From contig CAVQMM010000001.1 in NCBI GenBank assembly GCA_963713615.1, positions 1,824,001 through 1,888,000 of the forward strand: a stretch of 64,000 nt of DNA, in the 5' to 3' direction. Under the pieces are notes generated by a model, which saw only the letters and a list, made by a program, of their open reading frames with translations, had not been told where the DNA came from and did not search any database. The position numbers and the translations under genes were made by a program. Source of the stretch: an uncultured Chlamydiae bacterium. Lineage in GTDB: Bacteria; Chlamydiota; Chlamydiia; Chlamydiales; JAJFMA01. Shown here one piece after another: positions 21,437 through 30,625 of the stretch. Position 1 is the stretch's first letter. Every line of letters starts with the position of its first letter.

Positions 21437-21578
21437 TTTTGCCACCTGCCAATTTTTAAGTGTTTTGTTAAAAATTGGAAGGTGGTCAAGCCCCTTCGAG
21501 CGATTGACTGCATCCCCGACTGTGAGGGAAATTGCCACTTTTGCCACTTGCCAATTTTTAAGTATTTTGTTAAAAATT
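21437..21578 (+). repeat. Two 40-bp direct repeats upstream of the ATPase
   Basis: TTTTGCCAC(C/T)TGCCAATTTTTAAGT(G/A)TTTTGTTAAAAATT at 21437-21476 and 21539-21578. Confidence 0.85.
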
Positions 21579-21583
21579 TAGAC

Positions 21584-22726
21584 ATGAGTGAGCTAAAAGC
21601 AAATCCCTTTAAATTTGGCGATCCCGTGGCAGGAGCCTACTATCTCCCCCGCCCAGAACTAACTGCAATGGTGAGGCAGTTTTTAGAGAATCGCATCCAT
21701 ATTGTGCTCATGGGACCCAGACGTTTTGGAAAAACTTCCTTCGTTCTGAATCTCTTAGGTAGTCTGGAGAAGGAGCATTACACGTGTCTACTTGTTGATA
21801 TTTTTAACATTACGTCCCATAAAGACTTCCTGCATCAATTGTTAAGAGCCATTCGAAAAAAGGAAACATTCAAGAATAAACTGAAATCTTGGTGGGAAGG
21901 AATAAGCCGATTCGTTCCCAGGATCACAGCAGAACTTGATCCTATGACTGGGAATCCCAGTTTGGGCTTCACCATAGGTCATTTGGGGGAAGCTGACGTC
22001 AAGAACGCTATTCAGGATTTATTAGAGGAGCTATCCAGTCTAGGGAGTAAGGTGATCCTTGCCTTAGATGAATTTCAGAAGATTTCAGAAATAAATGATG
22101 ATGGCTGGCTGGAGGCAACGCTCAGAACGCACTTTCAAAGACTAACAAACGTTTCGTTCTTATTTACTGGCTCAAGAAAAAGCCTAATTTCGGAAATGCT
22201 CAATGACCCATCCCGCCCTCTCTATCGTTCGTGTCAGACTATAGAATTTCCAACATTCGGCCCAGAATTTACCGATTGGATTGCGAAGAGGTTCGCTACG
22301 GTCGGGATAGTGTGCGACAAAAAGGCAGTCGAGCATCTGCGACAGCTAGTGCAAGACACTCCGAATTATGTTCAAATGGTTTGCTTTCATCTAGTCGCAC
22401 AGGCTCGCGTCCAGGTTGCGGATAGAGACGTCTTAGAAGTGTTAGAAACCGTTGCGAGGCAGAATGCCTATGCTTACCAGACATTGTTGAACTCTTTGAC
22501 GCTAGCGCAACAACGAGCTCTTCGACTAGCGGCAAACGAAAAGCGCTCTCTTTTCCAAAAAGACCTTCTAATAGAATATGAGATTTCGAGCGCCTCCGCC
22601 CTCCACTCTTCCATCAACGCTCTCAAGGCCAAGGGAATTCTAGATGAAGAAGGCACCAGTAAGGGAAATGTGCTATTCGACGATCCTCTTTTCGCCTATT
22701 GGTTACGACTTTGCCTCCCTATGTAG
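21584..22726 (+). CDS. Archaeal-type/STAND-like P-loop ATPase with C-terminal wHTH-like region
   Basis: NPFKFG, GPRRFGKTS (Walker A), LDEFQ (Walker B), TGS, DPLFAYWL; likely start ATG 21584. Confidence 0.8.
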   Translation: MSELKANPFKFGDPVAGAYYLPRPELTAMVRQFLENRIHIVLMGPRRFGKTSFVLNLLGSLEKEHYTCLLVDIFNITSHKDFLHQLLRAIRKKETFKNKLKSWWEGISRFVPRITAELDPMTGNPSLGFTIGHLGEADVKNAIQDLLEELSSLGSKVILALDEFQKISEINDDGWLEATLRTHFQRLTNVSFLFTGSRKSLISEMLNDPSRPLYRSCQTIEFPTFGPEFTDWIAKRFATVGIVCDKKAVEHLRQLVQDTPNYVQMVCFHLVAQARVQVADRDVLEVLETVARQNAYAYQTLLNSLTLAQQRALRLAANEKRSLFQKDLLIEYEISSASALHSSINALKAKGILDEEGTSKGNVLFDDPLFAYWLRLCLPM

Positions 22727-22859
22727 GACAATGCAAATAGAGGTTCATTCGGGTTTGTAGGCCTTAAGTATAGATATGGGAGGAAAATGCTGAAATCTTG
22801 TTAAATCGACAGCTCCTCTCCCTAGTGGCTTAAAGGGATGGAAAACCAATTCAAATCTA

Positions 22860-23019
22860 GGCCTTGTTCACCTTTACGGTCAGAATTTCGGTCGGACGAA
22901 AAAGGTCGGATGTCGTGGTTTGTGACGAGGGCATAGCGCCAGCTATGTCCGAGGAGCAAAACGCGACAGACGATCCTTTTGCAGTCGACCGAAAACTGAC
23001 CGCAAAGGTGAATAAGGCC
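22860..23019. mobile_element. 160-bp hairpin MITE with 8-bp target-site duplication
   Basis: Arms GGCCTTGTTCACCTTTACGGTCAG... / ...CTGACCGCAAAGGTGAATAAGGCC; CAAATCTA at 22852-22859 and 23020-23027. Confidence 0.8.
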
Positions 23020-23024
23020 CAAAT

Positions 23025-23333
23025 CTAAATACCCACCACCTTTAACTCTGGCAACATAGGTATATGCGCATGATTTTGTCTCGCATACCAAAGGTCATAG
23101 CGATTCTGTAAGTTAAGCCAAAACTCTGCCGAAGTTCCAAGGGCATCTGCAAAATCTAAAGCTATGACCTCGGTAATACGACGTTTTTTGTTAATAATTT
23201 CGCTGATTTTTGGCTGCGTCCAGGAACCTCCCAAGTGTTGCGCAAACTGTCCTTGTGACAATCCCAACGGCTTTAAAAACTCCTCCAGAACAACTTCCCC
23301 CGGATGTGTAGGGGGTCTATTTTTAGGCAACAT
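23025..23333 (-). CDS. higA: HigA antitoxin (XRE HTH)
   Basis: THPGEVVLEEFL, ISEIINKKRRIT, AEFWLNLQ. Confidence 0.9.
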   Translation of the reverse strand: MLPKNRPPTHPGEVVLEEFLKPLGLSQGQFAQHLGGSWTQPKISEIINKKRRITEVIALDFADALGTSAEFWLNLQNRYDLWYARQNHAHIPMLPELKVVGI

Positions 23334-23341
23334 GTTGCCTC

Positions 23342-23635
23342 CTAATGATAGTCTGTTATTTTTACTTGCTCAGCACCTTGATCCGTCCAACGAAAAATAA
23401 TTCGGTATTGATCGTTGATCCTTATGCTATGCCAACCCCTCAAGTTGCCCTTTAAAGCTTCGAGATGGTTGGAGGGCGGAATTCGAAGATCAGTCAAGTT
23501 CGTCGCCGCATTAATCATGTCCAATTTACGAAAAGCAATGGGAAACAACTTTGGGTCTAAACTCTTGCGAGCCTTCTTAGATTTAAACCCGTCAAATATG
23601 TCGCGAGTTGAGTCGTCAGCAAATGATCTGACCAA
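23342..23635 (-). CDS. higB: HigB (RelE-like) toxin
   Basis: KLDMI, DLRIPPSNHLEALKG, HSIRINDQYRIIFRW, DYH; likely TTG start at 23635 after GGAG. Confidence 0.9.
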   Translation of the reverse strand: MVRSFADDSTRDIFDGFKSKKARKSLDPKLFPIAFRKLDMINAATNLTDLRIPPSNHLEALKGNLRGWHSIRINDQYRIIFRWTDQGAEQVKITDYH

Positions 23636-23666
23636 AATCGGTCTCCAGCACTCCGCACCTAATCCC

Positions 23667-23694
23667 ATTATATCATATAACGATATAATTGCAA
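23667..23694 (-). promoter_or_regulatory. higBA promoter with overlapping palindromic operator
   Basis: TTGCAA-N16-TATAAT with extended TGn; inverted repeat ATTATATC-N7-GATATAAT (23667-23689). Confidence 0.7.
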
Positions 23695-23769
23695 GAAATG
23701 TATCAGGCGTCTCATAACCCCCTCCGATGATTAAAATGCATGTCTTGCATTCAAATCTGAAGAAAAAAC

Positions 23770-24280
23770 GCTTTCTTCTGAAAACCTAAAGGCAGTATTT
23801 GAAAAGCAATTTAACAATTTAGGTTGGGAAATTTCTCGTCTTATCTCTGCGATGAATGACGTGACGATTGCTACTTTAATTCAATATCAGAATGCCATGC
23901 TGGTCTAAAGGAAAAGTCGCGCTTATAGGAGATGCCGCCCATGCTGTTTCTGGAATGGGGTCAAGCCTCTCAAGGTTGGAGCTCATATTTTAGCACGAGA
24001 AATCGAAGAATCGAATGGAGATTACAATGTTGCTTTTGCTGAGTATGAAAAATCGATACGGAACTTTGTTGAAGATGCGCAGGACTTTGCTGAATCCAAC
24101 CAACAACTCTTAACGGATGGAGGCTCTTCAATGCGATTGATGTTTCAGCTCTATTTAATGAAAATTATGCCCAAAAAATTCATTCAATTTGTCACGAAAA
24201 GGGGAAGGGAGCAAATGAAAAAAGTGGCCAATGGCTTGACCTTAGAACCAATGACAAGGCTGAGTGCAGAGACGCATTAG
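23770..24280 (+). pseudogene. 3' fragment of an FAD-dependent monooxygenase, frameshifted
   Basis: Fragments LGWEISRL, MPCWSKGKVALIGDAAHAVSGMG, VGAHILAREI...AFAEYEKSIR in different frames; no N-terminus. Confidence 0.7.
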
Positions 24281-24362
24281 GAATTTTTGACTGGGTAAAA
24301 TTGAAAAATTACTTTACCATCCCCAAGAAAAATGGATGATGATCTATCCCCAAAAGGTGATT

Positions 24363-26644
24363 ATGTTCCGCAAATTTCGAAAACGCTTCCTGCATTCTTT
24401 ATCTGGAGTCAGCTTTTCTCTTTGCTATCGGAAATCCCTTGTTCTCTGTCACAATTCCCGTCACCAGCACCGACAGTTTTTACGGAACCCCCGGTACTCT
24501 AGGTGCAGCTCTTTACTCGGCTGAAGATGGCGACGTCATCGACTGCTCGCCCATTGCAGGGCAGATGATCAGCTTTACAGGCAACCCCCTACCAGCGATT
24601 GGAATCAATTTCACTTCGCCCACTTCTTCTCTCACCATTCTAGGAAGTGGAGTGATCATCGACGGGGGAAGCGCTGTCACAGTTTTCTCCTTAGCACTAG
24701 GCTCGGCCACGATTACTGATTTCACGATTCAAAATGGTCTCTCGAAAGGTGGCAGTGGAGGTTTTGGCATTACTGGCGGTGGCGGTGGAACTGGCGGTGG
24801 CGGCGCACTTTACATACACTCAGGCACTACCATGACCATCTCTGCCATAAGTCTCAATAACAACCAAGCTATCGGTGGCAATGGCGGCGCTGGTAATTCC
24901 TCTGGCGGCTCGGGTGCTGGAGGCGGTGGTTACGGTGGTGGGAGCTGGGGGCTTCGCAGCTGCAACGGGTTCTAGTGCTGGCTCTGGCGGTGGCGGTGGC
25001 GGCAATAGCGGTGGGACCACTGGCGGTAGGGACGGGGGGGCTGGATCACCCAATACCTTCTCAAACTTCGGCGGCGCTGGCGGCGGTGGGGAGCGACCCA
25101 CACCACCTTCGGGTGCGAGAGCCGGAGGGAGCAGTGCCGCTAGTCTTTCTAGTCCTGCCCACAGCGGTGGAGCTGGAGGCATAAGCACTGCCAATAATGG
25201 TGCAGGGGGTGGTGGTGGCGCTGGCTCAGGTGGGAGCGGCAGCGCTGGTTCTGATGCACGATCCTCCATCGCAGGAGGTGGCATAGGTGGTGCTGGAGGC
25301 ATTGGCTTTGGCGCAGACAATACTTATGGTGCTGGTGGGGGTGGCGGCGGCGGCAATGGCGGCGGTGCAGGCTATGGCACAAGTGGTGGGGGCGGTGGAT
25401 TGACTGGACCTGGAGGTGCCGGAGGTGCTTTAGGCGGCGGTGGCGGGGCCTCTGGCAATACGGCTACGCTATGGGCGGGGCTGGCGGCTTCGGTGCGGGC
25501 GGGGGTGCAGGCCACGTCGGTGGCTCTGATATGTATGGCCTTGGTGGAGCTGGCGGCTCGGGGGCAGGCGCACCAGCAGGCGGGGGAGGAGGTTCTGGGC
25601 TTGGGGGAGCCATCTTCATTCATGGAGGAGGCCTTCTCATCGTTGAAGACGGCGTCAGTTTTTCTGGCAACTCGACGACTGCTGGGACTGGCGGCACGGC
25701 AGCGGCAGGTGGTACTCCTGGAGGCAATGGATCTTCCCTTGGGGAAGATATTTTTATCCGGTCGGGAGGCAGTGTAACCTTCCAGATCAACAGCTCATTG
25801 ACCATTCCCAATCCGATCGGGGGAGGTGGATTGTTATCTGAAGTCACCGGACCCGGAGTGACTTTGTCGGGCACAGGGATTGTCAACCTGAGTGGAGCAA
25901 ATACCTATCTAGGCGAAACTCTCATCCAATCGGGAAACCTGAATCTGAATGGGTCTGTCCTCGGAGATTTGAATATCGCAATCGAGCGGCACACTATCAG
26001 GCAATGCCACAGTTAATGGTTCCATCTATAATAGCGGAACGATCTCGCCAGGCAATTCCATTGGCGAAGTTTTCACTACGGATCTCTACTTATATTCTAC
26101 GAGCCTCTATAACGTCGAAGTCGATTCCACGAGCTGTAGCTTGATCGATGCGACAGGAACCGCCACATTGGGAGGAGTCCTTGAAGTCACACAAGATCCG
26201 GGTGCCTATGGTTCGTCTGGTCAATATACTATTTTGCAAACAACAGGCGGCATCAATGGTGCATTTGATTCTATTGTGATTCACAGCTTGCCTGGCTATC
26301 AATTTCAGTTGGAAAATAACGGCTACACGCTTTCTCTCATTTATGAGTTCGTTCTATTACCTCCGACGAACTTACAAGGCAAAAGAATAAAAAATGTGTT
26401 TCTTAATCAAACCGACATTGTGAATGTACTACAGTGGGGTCCACCCATTGGCGGGGTTGTGCCTGTTGCTTACAAAATTTATCGAACCAATCTAAATACA
26501 TTGATCGGTATTGTGGGAGCCGGTGGAGCATTATATTTTGAGGATCACATTCGATCGAAGAATGTCACCTATACTTATTATATCGTATCTGTTGATGCTC
26601 AAAATAACAATTCACTTTCTGCAAGCATTACAATTACTCCATAA
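24363..26644 (+). pseudogene. Glycine-rich secreted protein with autotransporter-associated beta-strand repeat and C-terminal FN3-like domain; four frameshifts
   Basis: Signal-like start MFRKFRKRFL; frame switches near 24415, 24940, 25470, 25980; LSGANTYLGETLIQSGNL repeat; PPTNLQG...YKIYR...YTYYIVSVD. Confidence 0.7.
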
Positions 26645-26751
26645 CATTCCTCACTAACCTCTCAAGTCACCTGGGTAAACCGCATACTCTAGCAATCTAT
26701 CAATCTTTCCTTGATGTCAATAGCTTCAACCAGTAACTTATTGCCAAAAAA

Positions 26752-26795
26752 AATGGACTGATTGGACGAATTGGACTGATTGGACGAAATGGACA
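26752..26795. repeat. Left arm: five 9-bp units A(A/T)TGGAC(TG/GA)
   Basis: AATGGACTG ATTGGACGA ATTGGACTG ATTGGACGA AATGGACA; contains the ATG at 26789. Confidence 0.9.
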
Positions 26796-27364
26796 GCTCA
26801 AACGAATTATTAATTCCCAAGCATGGAGGCTATCGAAAACTCAAGACTTTTCAACTCGCGCGATTAATTTTTGACATAACAATTCGATTCTGCAATCGGT
26901 TCGTAGGAGTAAAAAGCCGTACACACGATCAGATGGTCCAAGCAGCTCGTTCCGGCGTTCAGAACATAGCTGAGGGCAGTCAGGCATCTGGTACGTCGAA
27001 AAAAACTGAGCTAAAATTAACTAATGTGGCTCGTGCAAGCCTTGAAGAGTTACGATTGGACTATCAAGACTTTTTGCGACAGCAGCAATTGCCTTCGTGG
27101 GATCACCCAGATCCCCGTGGACAAGAACTTGTTAAACAGCGGTTGGAAACCGCGGATGAATTTGCCCTTTGGACAAAGCATCTTCATGAACTGCAGCAAG
27201 GGCACCTTGCGGAAATTGCAGCTAATGGTGTCTTAGTATTACTGTCGGTAACCTGTGCACTTTTGGATCGGCAAATCGCTGCACAAGCAGCAGCTTTTCA
27301 ACGCGATGGAGGCTTCACAGAACGCCTTTATCGCACACGAACAGCCTTGCGCAACAAATCTTAG
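26789..27364 (+). CDS. Four-helix-bundle protein with suffix domain (TIGR02436/TIGR04258-like)
   Basis: HGGYRKL, RTHDQMVQAARSGVQNIAEG, VARASLEELRLDY, LLDRQI, GGFTERLY. Confidence 0.88.
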   Translation: MDSSNELLIPKHGGYRKLKTFQLARLIFDITIRFCNRFVGVKSRTHDQMVQAARSGVQNIAEGSQASGTSKKTELKLTNVARASLEELRLDYQDFLRQQQLPSWDHPDPRGQELVKQRLETADEFALWTKHLHELQQGHLAEIAANGVLVLLSVTCALLDRQIAAQAAAFQRDGGFTERLYRTRTALRNKS

Positions 27365-27414
27365 TCCATTTCGTCCAATCAGTCCAATTCGTCCAATTAG
27401 TCCAATTAGTCCAC
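27362..27414. repeat. Right arm: six inverted 9-bp units
   Basis: TAGTCCATT TCGTCCAAT CAGTCCAAT TCGTCCAAT TAGTCCAAT TAGTCCAC; first unit contains the TAG stop. Confidence 0.9.
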
Positions 27415-27455
27415 TTCATGAGACTTTCTTTTGTGAAAAAAAGCACCCAGTGTTC

Positions 27456-27557
27456 GGGGTCAGACGTGACTTATTGACTTTTCGTCCGAAATTCGGCTGG
27501 ATTTCTCACCCAAGGTCTCTCAGGCGATGAACAAGTCAACAAGTCACGTATGACCCC
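27456..27557. repeat. GGGGTCAGACGTGAC-type hairpin element, copy 1
   Basis: Ends GGGGTCAGACGTGACTTATT ... AACAAGTCACGTATGACCCC; direct repeat at 27822. Confidence 0.85.
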
Positions 27558-27580
27558 TGACCTTTTTGTAAACTAAATAT

Positions 27581-27700
27581 TCAGTATCTTTTAACATCGT
27601 TGAATTCTCTTTCAAATTTTTCGATTGTTATCAAAATTAATTCCCAAGCTGGAATTTCGCTAAAAAACATATCTTTCATCAGTGCTCGGTAATTCTATTT
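27581..27700 (-). pseudogene. Possible C-terminal remnant of an AbiEii-like nucleotidyltransferase
   Basis: NYRALMKDMFFSEIPAWELILITIEKFEREFNDVKRY*; recalled resemblance to AbiEii C-termini only. Confidence 0.3.
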
Positions 27701-27821
27701 TTCACTGCGGTTTCGATACTAAAGCGCACTTCTCACTCCTACTTTTCACAAAAACTACTATTTTTTTGTGAAATTCAACAGTTAGATAGCGAGACGAATT
27801 GAGAACTTTAGATCGATGTTC

Positions 27822-27914
27822 GGGGTCAGACGTGACTTATTACTTTTTGTCCGAAATTCGGCTGGACTTCTCAACCAAGGTCTCTCAGGCGATGAACAAG
27901 TCACGTCCGACCCC
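27822..27914. repeat. GGGGTCAGACGTGAC-type hairpin element, copy 2
   Basis: Near-identical to 27456-27557. Confidence 0.85.
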
Positions 27915-27922
27915 ACTTGTAC

Positions 27923-27951
27923 AAAAAAAGCCGGATCATTTGACCCGGCTT
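27923..27951 (-). terminator. tmRNA terminator
   Basis: Minus strand AGCCGGGTCA-aa-TGATCCGGCT followed by a T-run. Confidence 0.85.
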
Positions 27952-27955
27952 AAAC

Positions 27956-28361
27956 TGGAGGTGGAGAGAATCGAACTCTCGTCCTAGGTAAACTACGTAT
28001 TGACCACTACATGCTTAGCGTCCTGAAATAACGTCGGTCCCCATGCAGAACGCAGACACTGAGACCAACTTGCTTCATTTAATCTCGAAGGAAACGTCCT
28101 AGAAGCGGCGGGCTTTCCCTTCACACCAAGATTGATAATCGACAGCTGACAACGTCCTTGGTCTAACGCTGGGCCATCGGCGACCGAAGACTGTTAGGTC
28201 TTAGGCAGCATATGCAAGGACAGGTTCTTCACCATTTTGGAACCATGCATATTGTGTTTGTTCGTTGGCATTTATAGCCTTATCGGTTTTTTTAGGAGGC
28301 CAACCGACATCCTCCGCATGCGCTCAATATTTCATTTCCAAGTCGAAACCAGTGCACCCCC
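27956..28361 (-). ncRNA. ssrA: tmRNA; tag peptide ANEQTQYAWFQNGEEPVLAYAA (28269-28201)
   Basis: 5' GGGGGTG...GTTTCGAC; 3' GAGAGTTCGATTCTCTCCACCTCCA; resume context ATAAAT-GCC; tag ends YAA; CCA not encoded. Confidence 0.97.
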
Positions 28362-28416
28362 ATGTCGTTCTTATTGTAACATACTGTATAAAAAGGTTCA
28401 ACTTATAGGTCTGAAC

Positions 28417-29589
28417 ATGTCCACAACATCTTCAACAGGTCAAGCCTGGCGTTTTATCATTCTGCTTGGATGCGTAAGTCTCCTAGCCGACGTCACCTAC
28501 GAGGGTGCCCGTAGCATCGTAGGTCCCTACCTAGCTACTCTTGGTGCTAGTGCCACAATCGTCGGCACCGTCGCTGGCCTAGGCGAACTCATCGGCTATG
28601 GTCTGCGGATCGTATCCGGATATGTAAGCGATAAGACTGGTAAATACTGGACCACTGCTATTGTCGGATATATCATTAATCTATTTTCAGTACCGCTACT
28701 AGCCCTGACACATACATGGCCATTTGCTGCCATCCTGGTTGCCACCGAACGCTTAGGCAAGGCAATACGCAATCCCGCACGCGATGCTATGCTCTCCTAC
28801 GCCGTGCGACAGGTTGGCAGTGGCAGAGGCTTCGGCGTTCATCAGGCGATGGACCAAATTGGCGCTGTCACCGGCCCCATCCTTGTCTCGGCAATGCTCT
28901 TATGGCAAGGAAGCTACCGAATAAGCTTTGCGGTGCTGCTTATTCCTGCCTTAATGGCGATGAGTGTGCTGTTCTTTGCTCGCTACCAATACCCTCAGCC
29001 TCAGCATCTTGAATCCGTTGGGTCTACAACACCAATAGACGGCAAGATTCCTCCGATATTCTGGCTTTTCCTGGCCGGAGCTGCATTGGTGGGCTTCGGT
29101 TTCGTGGATTTCGCACTAGTTGCTTTTCATTTCCATCAGGCACAGGTAGTCTCAACCGCATGGATTCCCCTCTTTTACTCCTTGGCTATGGCTACAAGTG
29201 CCTTGTCTTCAATTGTGATTGGCCATCTATACGATGCAAAAGGTATTTCAGCATTGGTCTATGTAACAGTCGCCTCGGCGCTGTGCACTCCTTTGCTGTT
29301 TCTGGGCGGCTTTTATGAAAGCATGCTGGGAATGATGCTGTGGGGTATTGGCATGGGCTGCCAAACAACAATTATGAGTGCGATTGTTGCTGAAGTGATC
29401 GCCGGAAATAAGCGTGGATTAGCCTACGGTATCTTAAACGTCGCCTTTGGCCTATCTTGGTTCATCGGCAGTGCTTTGATGGGATATCTCTATGATACCT
29501 CTCTATCCAGCCTGATTCTAGTGTCAGTAGGTGTACAGCTCGCCGGGGCCCCTCTATATGCCCTGGCAGGGCGCCTATTGCGCCCTTGA
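28417..29589 (+). CDS. MFS transporter
   Basis: LLADVTYEGARS, ERLGKAIRNPARDA, MDQIGAVTGP; start moved to ATG 28417 to avoid tmRNA. Confidence 0.9.
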   Translation: MSTTSSTGQAWRFIILLGCVSLLADVTYEGARSIVGPYLATLGASATIVGTVAGLGELIGYGLRIVSGYVSDKTGKYWTTAIVGYIINLFSVPLLALTHTWPFAAILVATERLGKAIRNPARDAMLSYAVRQVGSGRGFGVHQAMDQIGAVTGPILVSAMLLWQGSYRISFAVLLIPALMAMSVLFFARYQYPQPQHLESVGSTTPIDGKIPPIFWLFLAGAALVGFGFVDFALVAFHFHQAQVVSTAWIPLFYSLAMATSALSSIVIGHLYDAKGISALVYVTVASALCTPLLFLGGFYESMLGMMLWGIGMGCQTTIMSAIVAEVIAGNKRGLAYGILNVAFGLSWFIGSALMGYLYDTSLSSLILVSVGVQLAGAPLYALAGRLLRP

Positions 29590-30537
29590 CTTTTCATCGA
29601 CGTCAATAGCAACCAAGCGGTAGTCGCCAACAGGTTTATTCCAAGGTGTCAATGGTCTGTTGACTACCTGCAAAAAGAGGTTTTTATTATTTTTTAAAGT
29701 ACTCCAGGGGGCATCGGCATGCAAGACATAGAGATGTCTTCCATCAGAAAAAAACGCAAGAAAAACGCCTCGATCGTGACTGGCGAATCCGTGGGTTCCA
29801 TCAAAGTGATCGCGATTGCGGTCGCCATGACCTAGCAAAACCAGCGTGTCTTTGCCTTGCAAGATCGAAAAGGCTTTCTCACCACCTTGTAGAAGACCGA
29901 GGTGCCAGTTGATAATCGCCTGGATAACCGCATCTTTGGCTGTCTGGCTCTGTAATCGACTGATATCAAACACCCTGACATCGAGATAATAGGGTATTCC
30001 CAAATCCGTTTCACCCAGTTCCACACGCTTATAAATATCAAAAGGCAATGGAGTGGTGTAAGAAAGGGGTGCTGCAGGCGGAATATTCAGAATGCTGTAC
30101 AAGTTATTAGGAAAAGCCAACTTCAACGGTTCTATCGTCGCCTGAATTTCCTGAATGGTCGAGATTAATCGATCGCTTTCCTGTTCAAAGGTGTTGGTGG
30201 GAAGACCAGCCTGCTTGCGACGCTTATTCAGTTCCTCATGGCCCTGTTCTAGGGAGCGTACATCAGCTACCATGCCATCTGTCACGTGAGTCAAGCCAGA
30301 CTGAAGGCGTATCCAAGGATATGTCACCACGTCGCGGTATTGACCAAGAGCCACCGGGCTTTGCATCGGAACAGGAAGCTTTGACTGGCCTGGTGAGCTG
30401 TCATTTACAGAGGCATCAGCAATCCAAGCCGGGGACTGACTGTCACGGGCAGCTGTTTGTGGTTTCGGCGGTGTTCCACAACTACCAAATCCTAAAAAAC
30501 CTAGAACAGGAACGATAAGAATCCAGCGAACGATCAC
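29575..30537 (-). CDS. Putative lipoprotein, unknown function
   Basis: Hydrophobic N-terminus with lipobox-like FGSC; long ORF. Confidence 0.65.
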   Translation of the reverse strand: MIVRWILIVPVLGFLGFGSCGTPPKPQTAARDSQSPAWIADASVNDSSPGQSKLPVPMQSPVALGQYRDVVTYPWIRLQSGLTHVTDGMVADVRSLEQGHEELNKRRKQAGLPTNTFEQESDRLISTIQEIQATIEPLKLAFPNNLYSILNIPPAAPLSYTTPLPFDIYKRVELGETDLGIPYYLDVRVFDISRLQSQTAKDAVIQAIINWHLGLLQGGEKAFSILQGKDTLVLLGHGDRNRDHFDGTHGFASHDRGVFLAFFSDGRHLYVLHADAPWSTLKNNKNLFLQVVNRPLTPWNKPVGDYRLVAIDVDEKSRAQ

Positions 30538-30625
30538 GATACCCCCCCTTGCAAGGCATTGCGATGTGAAGATGCGAGATCAGGCAGCCGCAACACAAGC
30601 GGCTACCTGGAGAGCTTTGAGAAGA

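Noticed and set aside
24820..25320. Pro-rich minus-strand ORF
   Set aside because: Antisense shadow of the Gly-rich gene
26789..27364. DGR (Avd-like accessory gene) or 23S rRNA intervening sequence
   Set aside because: No reverse transcriptase, TR/VR pair or rRNA sequence seen in the window
27456..27914. CRISPR array
   Set aside because: Only two long units, wrong repeat and spacer sizes, no cas genes; no other repeat family here is regularly spaced
11200..27956. tmRNA-integrated island with att sites
   Set aside because: No integrase and no duplicated ssrA 3' end found by eye
28237..28416. 60-aa N-terminal extension of the MFS ORF
   Set aside because: Overlaps tmRNA antisense; MFS similarity starts at ATG 28417
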